From the NCBI GenBank assembly GCA_003971905.1, contig RSEE01000041.1, forward strand, positions 248,001-312,000: a stretch of DNA of 64,000 bases. Direction: 5' to 3'. The translations under genes and the position numbers were made by a program. The notes beneath the pieces are model-generated. The model was not told the DNA's origin and did not search any database. It saw nothing but the letters and a program-made list of their open reading frames with translations. This document shows positions 48,762-58,236 of the stretch, piece by piece. Numbering within the stretch: position 1 is the first letter of the stretch; each line of letters starts with the position of its first letter. The stretch comes from Moniliella sp. 'wahieum' (Eukaryota).

Positions 48762-50296
48762 ATGGCCTCCATCGTCGCCATCGTCGACATCAAGGGCAAG
48801 TCCCTCATCCAGCGCTCCTATCGCGACGATGTCTCCACCTCGGCCATCGACAAGTTCCTCCCCTTGCTCCTCGAGCTCGAGGACGAGGCCGGCGGCAGCA
48901 CCGTCCCCCCCTGCTTTAGCAACGAGGGTATCAACTACATGTTTATCCGCCACAACAACCTCTACTGTACGTTTCTCCTCTCTCTATTGGCACTTGATAC
49001 TGACCAGAGAGCTGCCAGTGCTTGCTCTGTCCCGGAGGAACTCCAATGCGACGGAGATCCTTGTGTTCCTGCATAAGCTGGCCTCGGTGTTGGAGGAATA
49101 CTTTAAGGAATTGGAGGAAGAGTCGATCCGTGACAACTTTGTCGTGATCTATGAGCTGCTGGACGAGATGATGGACTTTGGCTTCCCTCAGACTACCGAG
49201 TCCAAGATCCTTCAGGAGTACATTACCCAAGAATCCCACCAGCTCGAAGTCCAAGCTCGCCCACCTATTGCTTTGACCAATGCAGTCTCGTGGCGGTCGG
49301 AAGGTATTCGGTACCGTAAGAACGAGGTCTTCCTCGATGTGGTGGAATCGGTCAACTTGCTGGTCAATGCCAATGGCAACGTCGTTCGTTCTGAAATATT
49401 AGGGGCGGTCAAAATGAAGTGCTACCTGAGCGGCATGCCCGAGCTGCGATTGGGGTTGAACGACAAGGCTATGTTCGAGTCAACCGGAAGGACAGCAAGG
49501 GGAAGGCGGTGGAGATGGAGGATGTCAAGTTCCACCAATGCGTTCGTCTCTCTCGTTTCGAGAACGATCGTACCATCAGCTTCATCCCGCCCGACGGGGA
49601 ATTTGAGCTCATGTCCTACCGTCTTTCGACACAGGTCAAACCCCTTATCTGGGGGAAACGATGGTGGAGCGGCACGGGTAGCAGGATCGAATTTATGGTC
49701 AAGGTTAAGGCACAATTCAAGCGTCGCTCTACTGCCAATAATGTCGAGATTATCATTCCCGTCCCGGACGATGCGGATTCTCCCCGGTTCAAGGCAGCGA
49801 TTGGGTCGGTAAGCTATGCGCCAGAAAAGTCGGCCATGGTGTGGAAGATCAAGCAATTGAGCGGCGGGAAGGAGTATCTCATGCGGGCTCATTTTGGTTT
49901 GCCTAGTGTCAAGAACGGACACGATTGACCGCCGCACTCCAATTAGTGTCAAATTCGAGATCCCGTACTTTACTGTCTCGGGGATCCAGGTGCGCTATCT
50001 GAAGGTTGTGGAGAAATCGGGGTACCAAGCACTACGTATGTGGCTCCCTCTTGTGTGATGGATGTATGATGCAGCCGGAGTACTGATACTGACATTGGGC
50101 TTTGTGTTTTCGGGGTTCAGCCTGGGTGCGTTACATTACTCAAAATGGGGAGTACGACCTCCGAACCCAGTCGGAAAAGGCGCAAGATGTCCGCCTGACA
50201 CCATTGCCTAGCATATTCCCCATCATGTCTCCAAGTTGGACCGGAATGGTGGAGTACTGCGGCCTACGGTTGCAAGTCATGGTAATTGTAGGCTAG
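48762..50296 (+). CDS. APM1: AP-1 adaptor complex mu subunit
   Basis: MASIVAIVDIKGKSLIQRSYRDD, LEEESIRDNFVVIYELLDEMMDFGFPQTTESKILQEYITQE, VSWRSEGIRYRKNEVFLDVVE, EDVKFHQCVRLSRFENDRTISFIPPDGEFELMSYR, FEIPYFTVSGIQVRYLKVVEKSGYQAL|PWVRYITQNGEY; two introns. Confidence 0.97.
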
Positions 50297-51772
50297 TGCA
50301 ATGCACAACGCGAATGGCAACCCGAGTGGTGTAAGGTGCTGTAGCTGCTAACTTCTGGCCAGGGCTGTTTCTACTCGTCCAATAATACCAGTTAGAAGCA
50401 TGGCAGGAGCAATGCAGGTGTGTGCAACATCTTCATTTATCTACCCCCCCAGTCATCTTTCCACCATTCATCCATTCAACCATTGTCATTCCCTGTTATC
50501 TTGAGCGGTATAAGAACTAAGCCATGTGGTCAGGGTCCCATCCGCATAACCCCAACGTACATCCGACGAACCCCGTTTTGTTCCAGACACAGCGGGGCAT
50601 TACTATGACGGTTCTGAACGTCTGAACCTGGGTCTGGAGATCAACAGTTCTCGGCATTGCGCCTTCCAATCCACGACTGGGAAGACAAGGGGTTTGCCCT
50701 CACTGTGGCTTGCTTTGCTCCGGTCTCGTCACATTACTCTGTCAGATCCAGTCCAGCTCGTTCAAGGGTTTGATGTTGTGTGGTCCTGTTGCGACTACAG
50801 GATGTAATCGATGCAATTAAATGATGGGTGTACGACCTGGGGCGACATTCGAAGGCGGAGGACAATGCACAACATGCCCCTGTTTGCCATGCTTCTCCCA
50901 TGCCTGATCCCGCCATTGTCCCTCCACATTCCCCCAGCATCGCCTCTTCCTCCTTGGACAACTCCACCTCCCAGCTCCCTCATGAATCCCTCTCGTCTCA
51001 CTTCGTTTAGGCACTCCTCGCCCCCACAGCACCGCCAAAAGGCTCGCGTGCACTTTCTATAATGATCGAACTTTTATCTCCCTCGTTCCAGTAAGTCGCC
51101 GCACTTTTCCAAACTTCATCTTGGCTCCCATCCCCCTCCTCGGCCAAGTCGCTACGCCACCCCCAGCTCTTTGTCACTGTCTTTGGCAACGTCAATCTGG
51201 GCACGCCATCTCCTGCCGCACCAGAATAGTCGCCCAGAGGGAGGACTAGACCCCGTCTATAATAGTGCGCACACGCCTCAAGACCAAGATGAGGAATCTA
51301 CCTGGCGCCCTTGCCTTGCCTTCTGTCGTCGCTCGCGCTGCACATCTCTCTTGGACCATTAAACCTCATATGCATACTTGACTTGCCCAACGGAGGACCG
51401 TTGTACCCATCTCCCTCCTTCCTTGCCCCCCATCTAAACCTTCTTTACTGTATGCCTCCCTGTCCGGTTGTAGGAAAAGGTGGGTGCAGACCATCACATG
51501 CTTGATGCGGCCAAATCAATCTTTCAACGTTGCAACGTTGCAATGTCCAACGTCCAACGGCCCACACGTCCAACCCTACCGACTGCGGTCACGTGGCACC
51601 ATCCACGCGTTTCCAGCCGGCCAGTGCCCAGCCGAGATGGGCTGAGCGACGACCTACACCAGCCGACACCCAACACGCGCGTTCGTTGCGCCTCACCGTT
51701 GCCTGTGAGCCTCAACGCATTCGGCCCGTTGAGCTTGGTCTTCCCCCCACCCACGCGCCTGCGATTGCCAGC

Positions 51773-52894
51773 ATGAGCCAGCGGCCTGGGCGGGAGAACC
51801 AGACCTCTTCGCCGTCCCGGCGTGGTCGTGGACGGTCCGTGTCGCCAACGAAGCGCACCCGCCAGCTGTGGTTCCAACCCCAACCCACCGCGCTCTTCTC
51901 CCCCGACCCGCTAGCGCGCCCCGTGCGTTCTAACACGCCACCCGCGCCGGCCCGTGACACCGCAGCTCCAGCTGTGGGTGCCGCACTGGCACTTGACTTG
52001 CCCCCACGCTCTCCCAGCAAGCCCATGCTGGGAGATAAGTCGAACCGCAGCCCAGCCAAGCCCTCGCGCCCGCCCATGAGGTTTGACATGAAGGGCAACC
52101 GGTTGCCCGATGAGGAGGGAACCCAACTTGCTGCCCCCGTTCTTGCGCCCACTCCTAGCAAAGCGCAGCCCTCATCCCCCACCCGGTCGCCCGTACGTGT
52201 ACGCCTCAACCCCGCTCCCACCGAGTGGCCCGAGGTGGAGTACATGCCCCCCAAGCCGATGGCGCGCGGATGGGACATTCCTGAGCTCCAAGGTCTACCG
52301 CAAGGGGACAAACTTGTCTCCTTTGTCGACTCGATTTCCTTTTGTCCCCATCTCTCCGCCTCGCAGGCGGAGGGCAAGCCGTCGCCAATAGACCGGGAAT
52401 GGTACTTGGGTGGTCCGGCGGACGCGCTCTTCCCCTGGGACTTGTCATTGCCAGAGTTAGCCGACGAAAGCCTGACTGACGACGAGGGTGATGCCTACCG
52501 CCTCGCCCAGCTGTTGGGATCCGACCCCAAACAATTGCCGCCACATGTACCGCGCGGCGCCCACCCCACCAAGTCCAGTCCCAGTCTCGGCTCTCATCCG
52601 CGTCCAGGCTCACGGCCTGCCCCCCGTCCCCAACCGCAAGCCCCGAACGGCCACCAGGGCCCAGCAGCACTTTGTAGTGCCACGGCCAAATCGCTCGGTG
52701 GCCCTGCGCCGCTTCGTACCGCTCGTACCGCTCGTGCGCCTCCCCGCCCCGCTGCCCGCCCCACATCCACGCGCACCAGCGCGTCCCGCCCCCCCTCAGC
52801 CGTTGCGACAACCACGACAAGTCCGTTGCTGCCATGCCGCGGAACGGCGGCCGCCCCGTGCGCTCCGGGCGAGCTTCCCTCAGTTCGCGGCTAA
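51773..52894 (+). CDS. Disordered protein with securin-like motifs (candidate securin)
   Basis: D-box-like KPMLGDKSN, separase pseudosubstrate-like PEVEYMPP, downstream LPE motif, seven S/T-P-x-K/R sites. Coding status is likely; the functional call is inference. Confidence 0.55.
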   Translation: MSQRPGRENQTSSPSRRGRGRSVSPTKRTRQLWFQPQPTALFSPDPLARPVRSNTPPAPARDTAAPAVGAALALDLPPRSPSKPMLGDKSNRSPAKPSRPPMRFDMKGNRLPDEEGTQLAAPVLAPTPSKAQPSSPTRSPVRVRLNPAPTEWPEVEYMPPKPMARGWDIPELQGLPQGDKLVSFVDSISFCPHLSASQAEGKPSPIDREWYLGGPADALFPWDLSLPELADESLTDDEGDAYRLAQLLGSDPKQLPPHVPRGAHPTKSSPSLGSHPRPGSRPAPRPQPQAPNGHQGPAALCSATAKSLGGPAPLRTARTARAPPRPAARPTSTRTSASRPPSAVATTTTSPLLPCRGTAAAPCAPGELPSVRG

Positions 52895-54066
52895 GTGTGC
52901 GGGCAGGAATGAGTGCGCGGCAGCAAGACACGGGCGTGCTGCTTGCACTCAACCCGGCCGACGCCTTCTTCTGAGGTGGGAACGGCAACCCTTTGCCCCC
53001 TCCCCTTCTTTCCCCGTTTCCAGCTTTCTTCCCCGCCCTCTACTGTCGGTGCTGAGCGCTGAATTGGCAAATTCATATGATTCCTTTGAGATGGCACTGA
53101 AGTAAAAGGAGATGATTCGCAGTGATACAGCCATAATAACCGTCGGGGGCCACAGAGAGCAGGGCTGGGGGGGTTCGCCGTCTTCGGCTTTCGCTCCAAG
53201 CAGTTGCGCTCAGGGTCAGTTGGGGCGGATAGCAATAGCAGGAAGTGGTCCCGTCAAGACAAGGCAGAAAGGCAAGCCACTAAGGAAAAAGAAAACGAGG
53301 CGCTGGGGCCCCAGAACGCATCCTATAACATGCCTATGCCAACCCAGTGGCATTGAGTTTGAGCATGGTCCTCACGTCCTTGTGCGCTTTACCATCATGC
53401 CTGTGCTGTTCGAGGGGGACGACATGTCCAACGATGATGTGTGGGTGACCAGACGGGGATGCGTTGGTTGTAGCGCTTGCAAGTCCTGTACTCCACCTCG
53501 AAGGCTATTAGCGTTCCCCTGCATGCTCGCTCCATCTCCCACCTTTCTCTCCTGTCTGCTTCCCGCCAGACGTTGCTGGAAGACCGGTGTGGGTCACCAC
53601 GTTATCTCCACGCGCTGTCTGAGGCTGCTCGGCAGCTGATCCCCAGGATCGCCGAGTGCTGCCGCGTCGCACTTAAGCAGGCCAGGATGCTCCCCAAACT
53701 GCGCCGACGCCCATCTTACTCACCCCCCGCGTCCGCATCGGTGCAAGGTGTATGCCACACCCCTGTCACGGGTCACCGGCGGTCACCGGTCACCCCGGGC
53801 ACCGCGCGTCACCAGCCTGCTGCCCATTCCAAAGCTGTCGTGGCCCTCGGACCTGGACTATGACTCGACGCGCACTGCTTACGTATCCGACTGCCCCCGT
53901 GCCGGAAGTCCGGAGCCCATTGTGCAGCAAGCGCAACGAGCACCCGCCGCAGCAGCGCAACAGAGCGCCCCCCTGCGACGGCAGCGTCCTGGGCCGTTGC
54001 GCACGCGCGCGGCACCAGCGCAGTGTGGGCCAGCGGGTGCTGCGGAACTGCCGGGGCGAGCGAGGG

Positions 54067-54073
54067 TATAAAA
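54067..54073 (+). promoter_or_regulatory. TATA box of the Gcn4-like gene
   Basis: TATAAAA about 100 bp upstream of uORF1. Confidence 0.6.
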
Positions 54074-54168
54074 CGTTTGCCGGCTGCGCTCGGCTGCCCG
54101 CCTCTTTCCCCCACCCCCTCCCCTACCAACCCAGCCCACCCCGTCTTACTGCCTGCATCGTGCCCACC

Positions 54169-54186
54169 ATGGCCTTCTCCGCTTAA
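54169..54186 (+). promoter_or_regulatory. uORF1 (MAFSA*) in the Gcn4/Cpc1 leader
   Basis: CCCACC ATG GCC TTC TCC GCT TAA; strong initiation context downstream of the TATA box. Confidence 0.8.
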
Positions 54187-54310
54187 GCGAACCGGTCCCC
54201 TGACCACACCCGGCGTATCTCCTGCATCCGCCCCGCACCGTACAATTTGGTTTCCCCAAGTTGTGCTGTTGATCAACCTTGTTGCCTCTGCACCCCCCTC
54301 CCAGCCCACC

Positions 54311-54397
54311 ATGTCTACCCTCTCTGCCCCCGCGGCTTTCCTGGCATCATGCCCTCCCTCTCCAACCTCGCGTTTGACGCCCAACAACCGTTCTTAA
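54311..54397 (+). promoter_or_regulatory. uORF2 (28 codons) in the Gcn4/Cpc1 leader
   Basis: CCCACC ATG TCT ACC ... CGT TCT TAA; same strong context as uORF1. Confidence 0.65.
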
Positions 54398-54562
54398 CAA
54401 GCCCCTTGCGTTCCCGAGCCTCTCGGATCCTTCCCTCTCCCAACCCCCATCCCACTGAGTGACCCCGCTCCTCCGCAGTTTGCCCCCAACCCCCCCGCGA
54501 CTGCCTCTTGCATTGTGTCCCCCGACCAAGCAGACCCTTTTGTTACTGTATTGAACTTGATC

Positions 54563-55569
54563 ATGTGTATGTTCACTTCCTTGCAGCGGGTCTCTGAGTC
54601 CAGACTGACTTTCCCTCTGTCTCTCCAGCAACGATGATGAAAGATCCAAACTTTCCCGACCGACGCTGGCGTGGATATGGCGTCGCTTTTCGGCCCTGAC
54701 TCGACTGGCCTCGCCGGCCTGTTGGGACCCGAGCCCATTGATGCGGTGACGATGGGTATGCCACCACGGTGGAGGAAGACGACTTCCTCGCCGCGACCGA
54801 TATGCCAGACTTTGGGACATCGTCTTTCCCCAGGACCTCAAGCCCAACGCTGGTATTATGGTTGATACCCTGCCTGCCCCAACAGCGGGTCAGGACCAAG
54901 CCACGGGGCTTCCTATGGAGTTTTCCTTGCCTGGTGCCGCGGTCGCGTTCCCGGCAGCGCTCATGGAAACCCCGGCTCTGGCGGACGACGCGTCAACCGC
55001 GGCGCTCCTCCAGATTCTTACTCAAGCTGCTCTTCAGCAAACCCAGATGCAGTCTGCCTCTTCTCCTACGGTGCCGGCTGTCGAGCATGGTGCGCAAGGC
55101 TCGGTTTCCCCGCTCGGTGTGTCGCCGAGCCAAACGCCCATTCTCACCCCGGCTCAGCCTGGTGCAAGCGAGCGCAACGCTTCTCGCACCTCGCTGTCTC
55201 CTGTGACTGAGACGGGCTCGACGGTCAGTGCGCCTGCGCACAAGCGCAAGCGTCGTGCGCGTGACTCGGCCGATTTGCTCCCGATGGATGCGCCGGTGCA
55301 GAAGCGTACCTACCTCGCTCCCAGTGCCACGTCGCGCCGCGAGCTCCCTAAGGCCGACGGCGACGAGCGCGGCTTGAGCGTCGAAGCGATGCTGGCCAAG
55401 CGTCACAAGAACACGATGGCCGCACGGCAGTCGCGTCGTCGCAAGGCGGAGGAAATGTCGCAGCTACGCGAGGAGAAGGAGGCGTTGGCAGGCAAATGCC
55501 GAGCTCAAGCGCCGCATTGAGGCGGTCGAGCTCGAGTTGGCTTCCGTCCGTGGCGAGCTCAGGGTGTGA
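54563..55569 (+). CDS. GCN4: Gcn4/Cpc1 cross-pathway-control bZIP transcription factor
   Basis: Basic region KRHKNTMAARQSRRRK plus leucine zipper ending at TGA 55567-55569; LLPMDAPVQKRTYLAPSATSRR block recalled from basidiomycete Gcn4-like proteins; acidic-hydrophobic N-terminal segments; intron 54567-54628; uORFs in the leader. The true start is uncertain. Confidence 0.8.
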
Positions 55570-55593
55570 GCTGAGCTGAGCTGAGCTGAGCTG
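55569..55593. repeat. (AGCTG)n pentamer repeat starting at the Gcn4 stop codon
   Basis: agctgagctgagctgagctgagctg read directly. Confidence 0.85.
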
Positions 55594-55971
55594 GGTTTGC
55601 CCGTCAGTGTGCTCATGCTGTGCTGTGCCCCTTTGGCTTTGCCGTCGGGGCCGGTAAAAAATTGTAGCCGTGCCCGTCTCGGCCTTTTCCATGGTTCCGT
55701 CTTTTGTGCTCTTGGAGGGCCTGTTGGCCTCCACTCTTGCTTCTTATTGTTCCTTTGCTCTTTTGACTCGAAATGACTGGTTCACACTACGCTGCTTGAA
55801 GCTTGACGCTGTATAGTGCTGTGATGCGACCACATTGGTAAGCGTTGTTGGGCCCACCCTATGTGTACACGACGGCGGCATGCAGTTGTCTACGTGCTTA
55901 TCTGCAGAAGCATTGTTGGTCACCGGTCAGGCCTCAGGAGACAAAATACCAGTCCTCCAATACAAATATTT

Positions 55972-56056
55972 GGGCGGATAGCTCAGTTGGTAGAGCGCAC
56001 GCTTCGCATGTACAGTGCCCTTGTGTGAGGTCTGGGTTCGATTCCCTATTCGTCCA
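55972..56056 (+). tRNA. tRNA-Ala(CGC) with 13-nt intron
   Basis: Acceptor stem GGGCGGA/TTCGTCC-A with G3:U70 alanine identity; D arm GCTCAGTTGGTAGAGC; anticodon arm CACGC-TTCGCA-[intron about 56009-56021]-T-GTGTG; T loop GGTTCGATTCC; poly-T terminator follows. The T stem lacks one G (homopolymer). Confidence 0.95.
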
Positions 56057-56297
56057 TTTTTTTGGTAGTGCGACGAGCGCCTTTTTTCCTCTACTGCACG
56101 CTGGTGCCTCCCTCTCGCCCTCACCCTGCCACAAACCAGTTGTACCAGCAATGGATCTGCCATCGCTACCTGGTAGTTGTAGTCTCGTCCCGCCAGCGCC
56201 ATCTATCTATCTCAAGCCAAGCAACACGTAGTTTCCCATCGTACATCCATCAATCCTGACCAGAGAGAGCCCAAGGGCAAGCGCGTAGCCTACCCGT

Positions 56298-57335
56298 TTA
56301 GGACGGAGGTGCATGCGCCCCATGCACACGTACCATCGGTGCCGGCGCCTGCGCGCCAACGGGCCAGGGGTGCATGCCCCACGCAGGCGAATGCGGTGTT
56401 GCGGGCGGCGGGGCAGGGTGGGCATGGCCCGGAGGTGGGTACGCATGGGCGGGCACGTAGCCTTGGTACGTGCCTGGGCCGGGACCGGGGCCAGGCGCCG
56501 GGGCCAAGTACGGTTGAGTAGGAAGGATGGGGTAGCCGTGCACCGGGCTCGGATGCACCGTTTCGTCCCTTCGTACTCGCTTGCCCTGGTCGGGCGCTGC
56601 CGTGCCCGTAGCCCGGCGCTTGCCTGGTTCCTGTGCCTGCGCCGCCGCCACGCCCGGCGACGGTTCCAACGGCGACCCCGGCTCCGAGTCGGGCGCGTTG
56701 CAGATGGATTGAATCAGGTCTTGGCCTTGAGGCGTGGTGACGAGCGGACGCAGTTGGGCGTCGAAAACGTGTAGACCAAGCCGGACGAACTGACAATCAG
56801 CAGCAGCACATGGCTGCCGGTGAGCAGGGCAAGTTCGTACGCCTGTGCACGCGAGTCAAGCCACGTTGAGCGAGGCGGAGTGGCAGTGGCAGTGGCAGGG
56901 AAGTGGCAGTGTTAGTACACACCCGACCTGCAGGAAAACCGGAACCTAGGCCAGAACGTGGACGTACCTTTTTCATCAGACCCCATTTGCGCTTGCTAAA
57001 GGCAATGTGGCGCTTGGTATCGTCCTCAATAAAAGCCATCGTGATCGGGCGGCGACCAGTGGCCTTGTCGTCGTCATCATCGTCGTCGTCGTCGACTCTG
57101 GCTCTCTTCCACAACTTCGCTCTCGCCGTCGGCACCACCGGCCTGGGCCGTCTTGCTCGGTGAACGAGGCGCGGCCGGGGCAGAGGGGGCGGTGTCGGCC
57201 GAGGAATCGAGGGCAAGGAGACGGACTTGCTCGTCGGTGGCGGGACGGAGGGTGCCGTAGGGTCTGGTACGCGCCGTCGGGCAAGGGCGTCACTGTGGCG
57301 GGCACTGGGGACGCAGAGGTGGAGGCAGTGGACAT
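56298..57335 (-). CDS. SRF/Mcm1-type MADS-box transcription factor
   Basis: GRRPITMAFIEDDTKRHIAFSKRKWGLMKK|AYELALLTGSHVLLLIVSSSGLVYTFSTP with an intron at about 56843-56967; acidic run before the box; P/H/G-rich tail. Confidence 0.9.
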
Positions 57336-58236
57336 GGGGTGGTGGGCAGAGGGAGCGGGCCAGGGCGTGGGGGACGGCGTGGCAGGCAGGGCGTTGTACC
57401 TTGGACGCAGAGATCGACGCTGGGCGCTGGGGCTGCTCCGATTGACTGTGGATGCCTGGCGCGGGCCTGCCTGGGTCGCGTCTGGGGCAGCGTCGATCAT
57501 CGATCATCGCTTCCCGCGTCGGCTGGCGGGGTGCTGGACGAGGGTGCGCCACGGTGGCGCCTGGACGCGCACTGTGCCCCCGTGGCGGGGGGGGGCGGGC
57601 GGCCGACATGCCAGACCATTGATTCATTGGGCATCGAAGACCCCCGCCCAGGCCTCGCGTCCCTCTAGCTGTCCCATGCCAGCGGGCGGCTGGCTGCGCT
57701 GAGTGCGTCCCATGTCACACGCCCCACTGTCACATGTCACATGTCACCCCATCACACTCGCCTGCATTCCCGCCTTCCGCTTCCGGCTGCGCTCTGCACT
57801 CGGCACAGGCCAGCCGCTTCCTCGTTTCCACACGCCCCACTTGCCGTTTCAAGGTTCAACGTTCAAGGCGCGCGGCACGATTCAATGCTGCCGCTTGGGG
57901 GTTTCAATGTTCAGAGCGGCCAGCGCGCACGTGGCAGGCTCGCTGAGCTCAGCCAGCGCTCAGCTCCGTCGGGCTGTCTGCGCACGGCATGCAATCTGCA
58001 TGCGCAGGCCGGCGCTCAGCAGCCCAGCACAGCCGCGCTTACCTCAGCCAGCCGCCCGATGGGCACGGCGGAGCACATGGGCTGACGTCAGCGTGCGTCA
58101 GGTGGGGGCTCGCCGCGCTGGCCTGGGCTGCGGCTGCGCTGCTGGGCCTGGCTGCGTCGCCAGCGCCAGCGCCAGCGCTTCCCTCAGCAGCCCACAGCAA
58201 GTCTCACGCGTGGCTCTTGGGTCTGTGCTGCCATCC

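Noticed and set aside
16764..50296. Programmed ribosomal frameshifting or mass pseudogenisation
   Set aside because: Indels go both ways, sit in short homopolymers without a shared slippery motif, hit essential genes with otherwise intact sequence, and also hit a tRNA; sequencing error is far more parsimonious.
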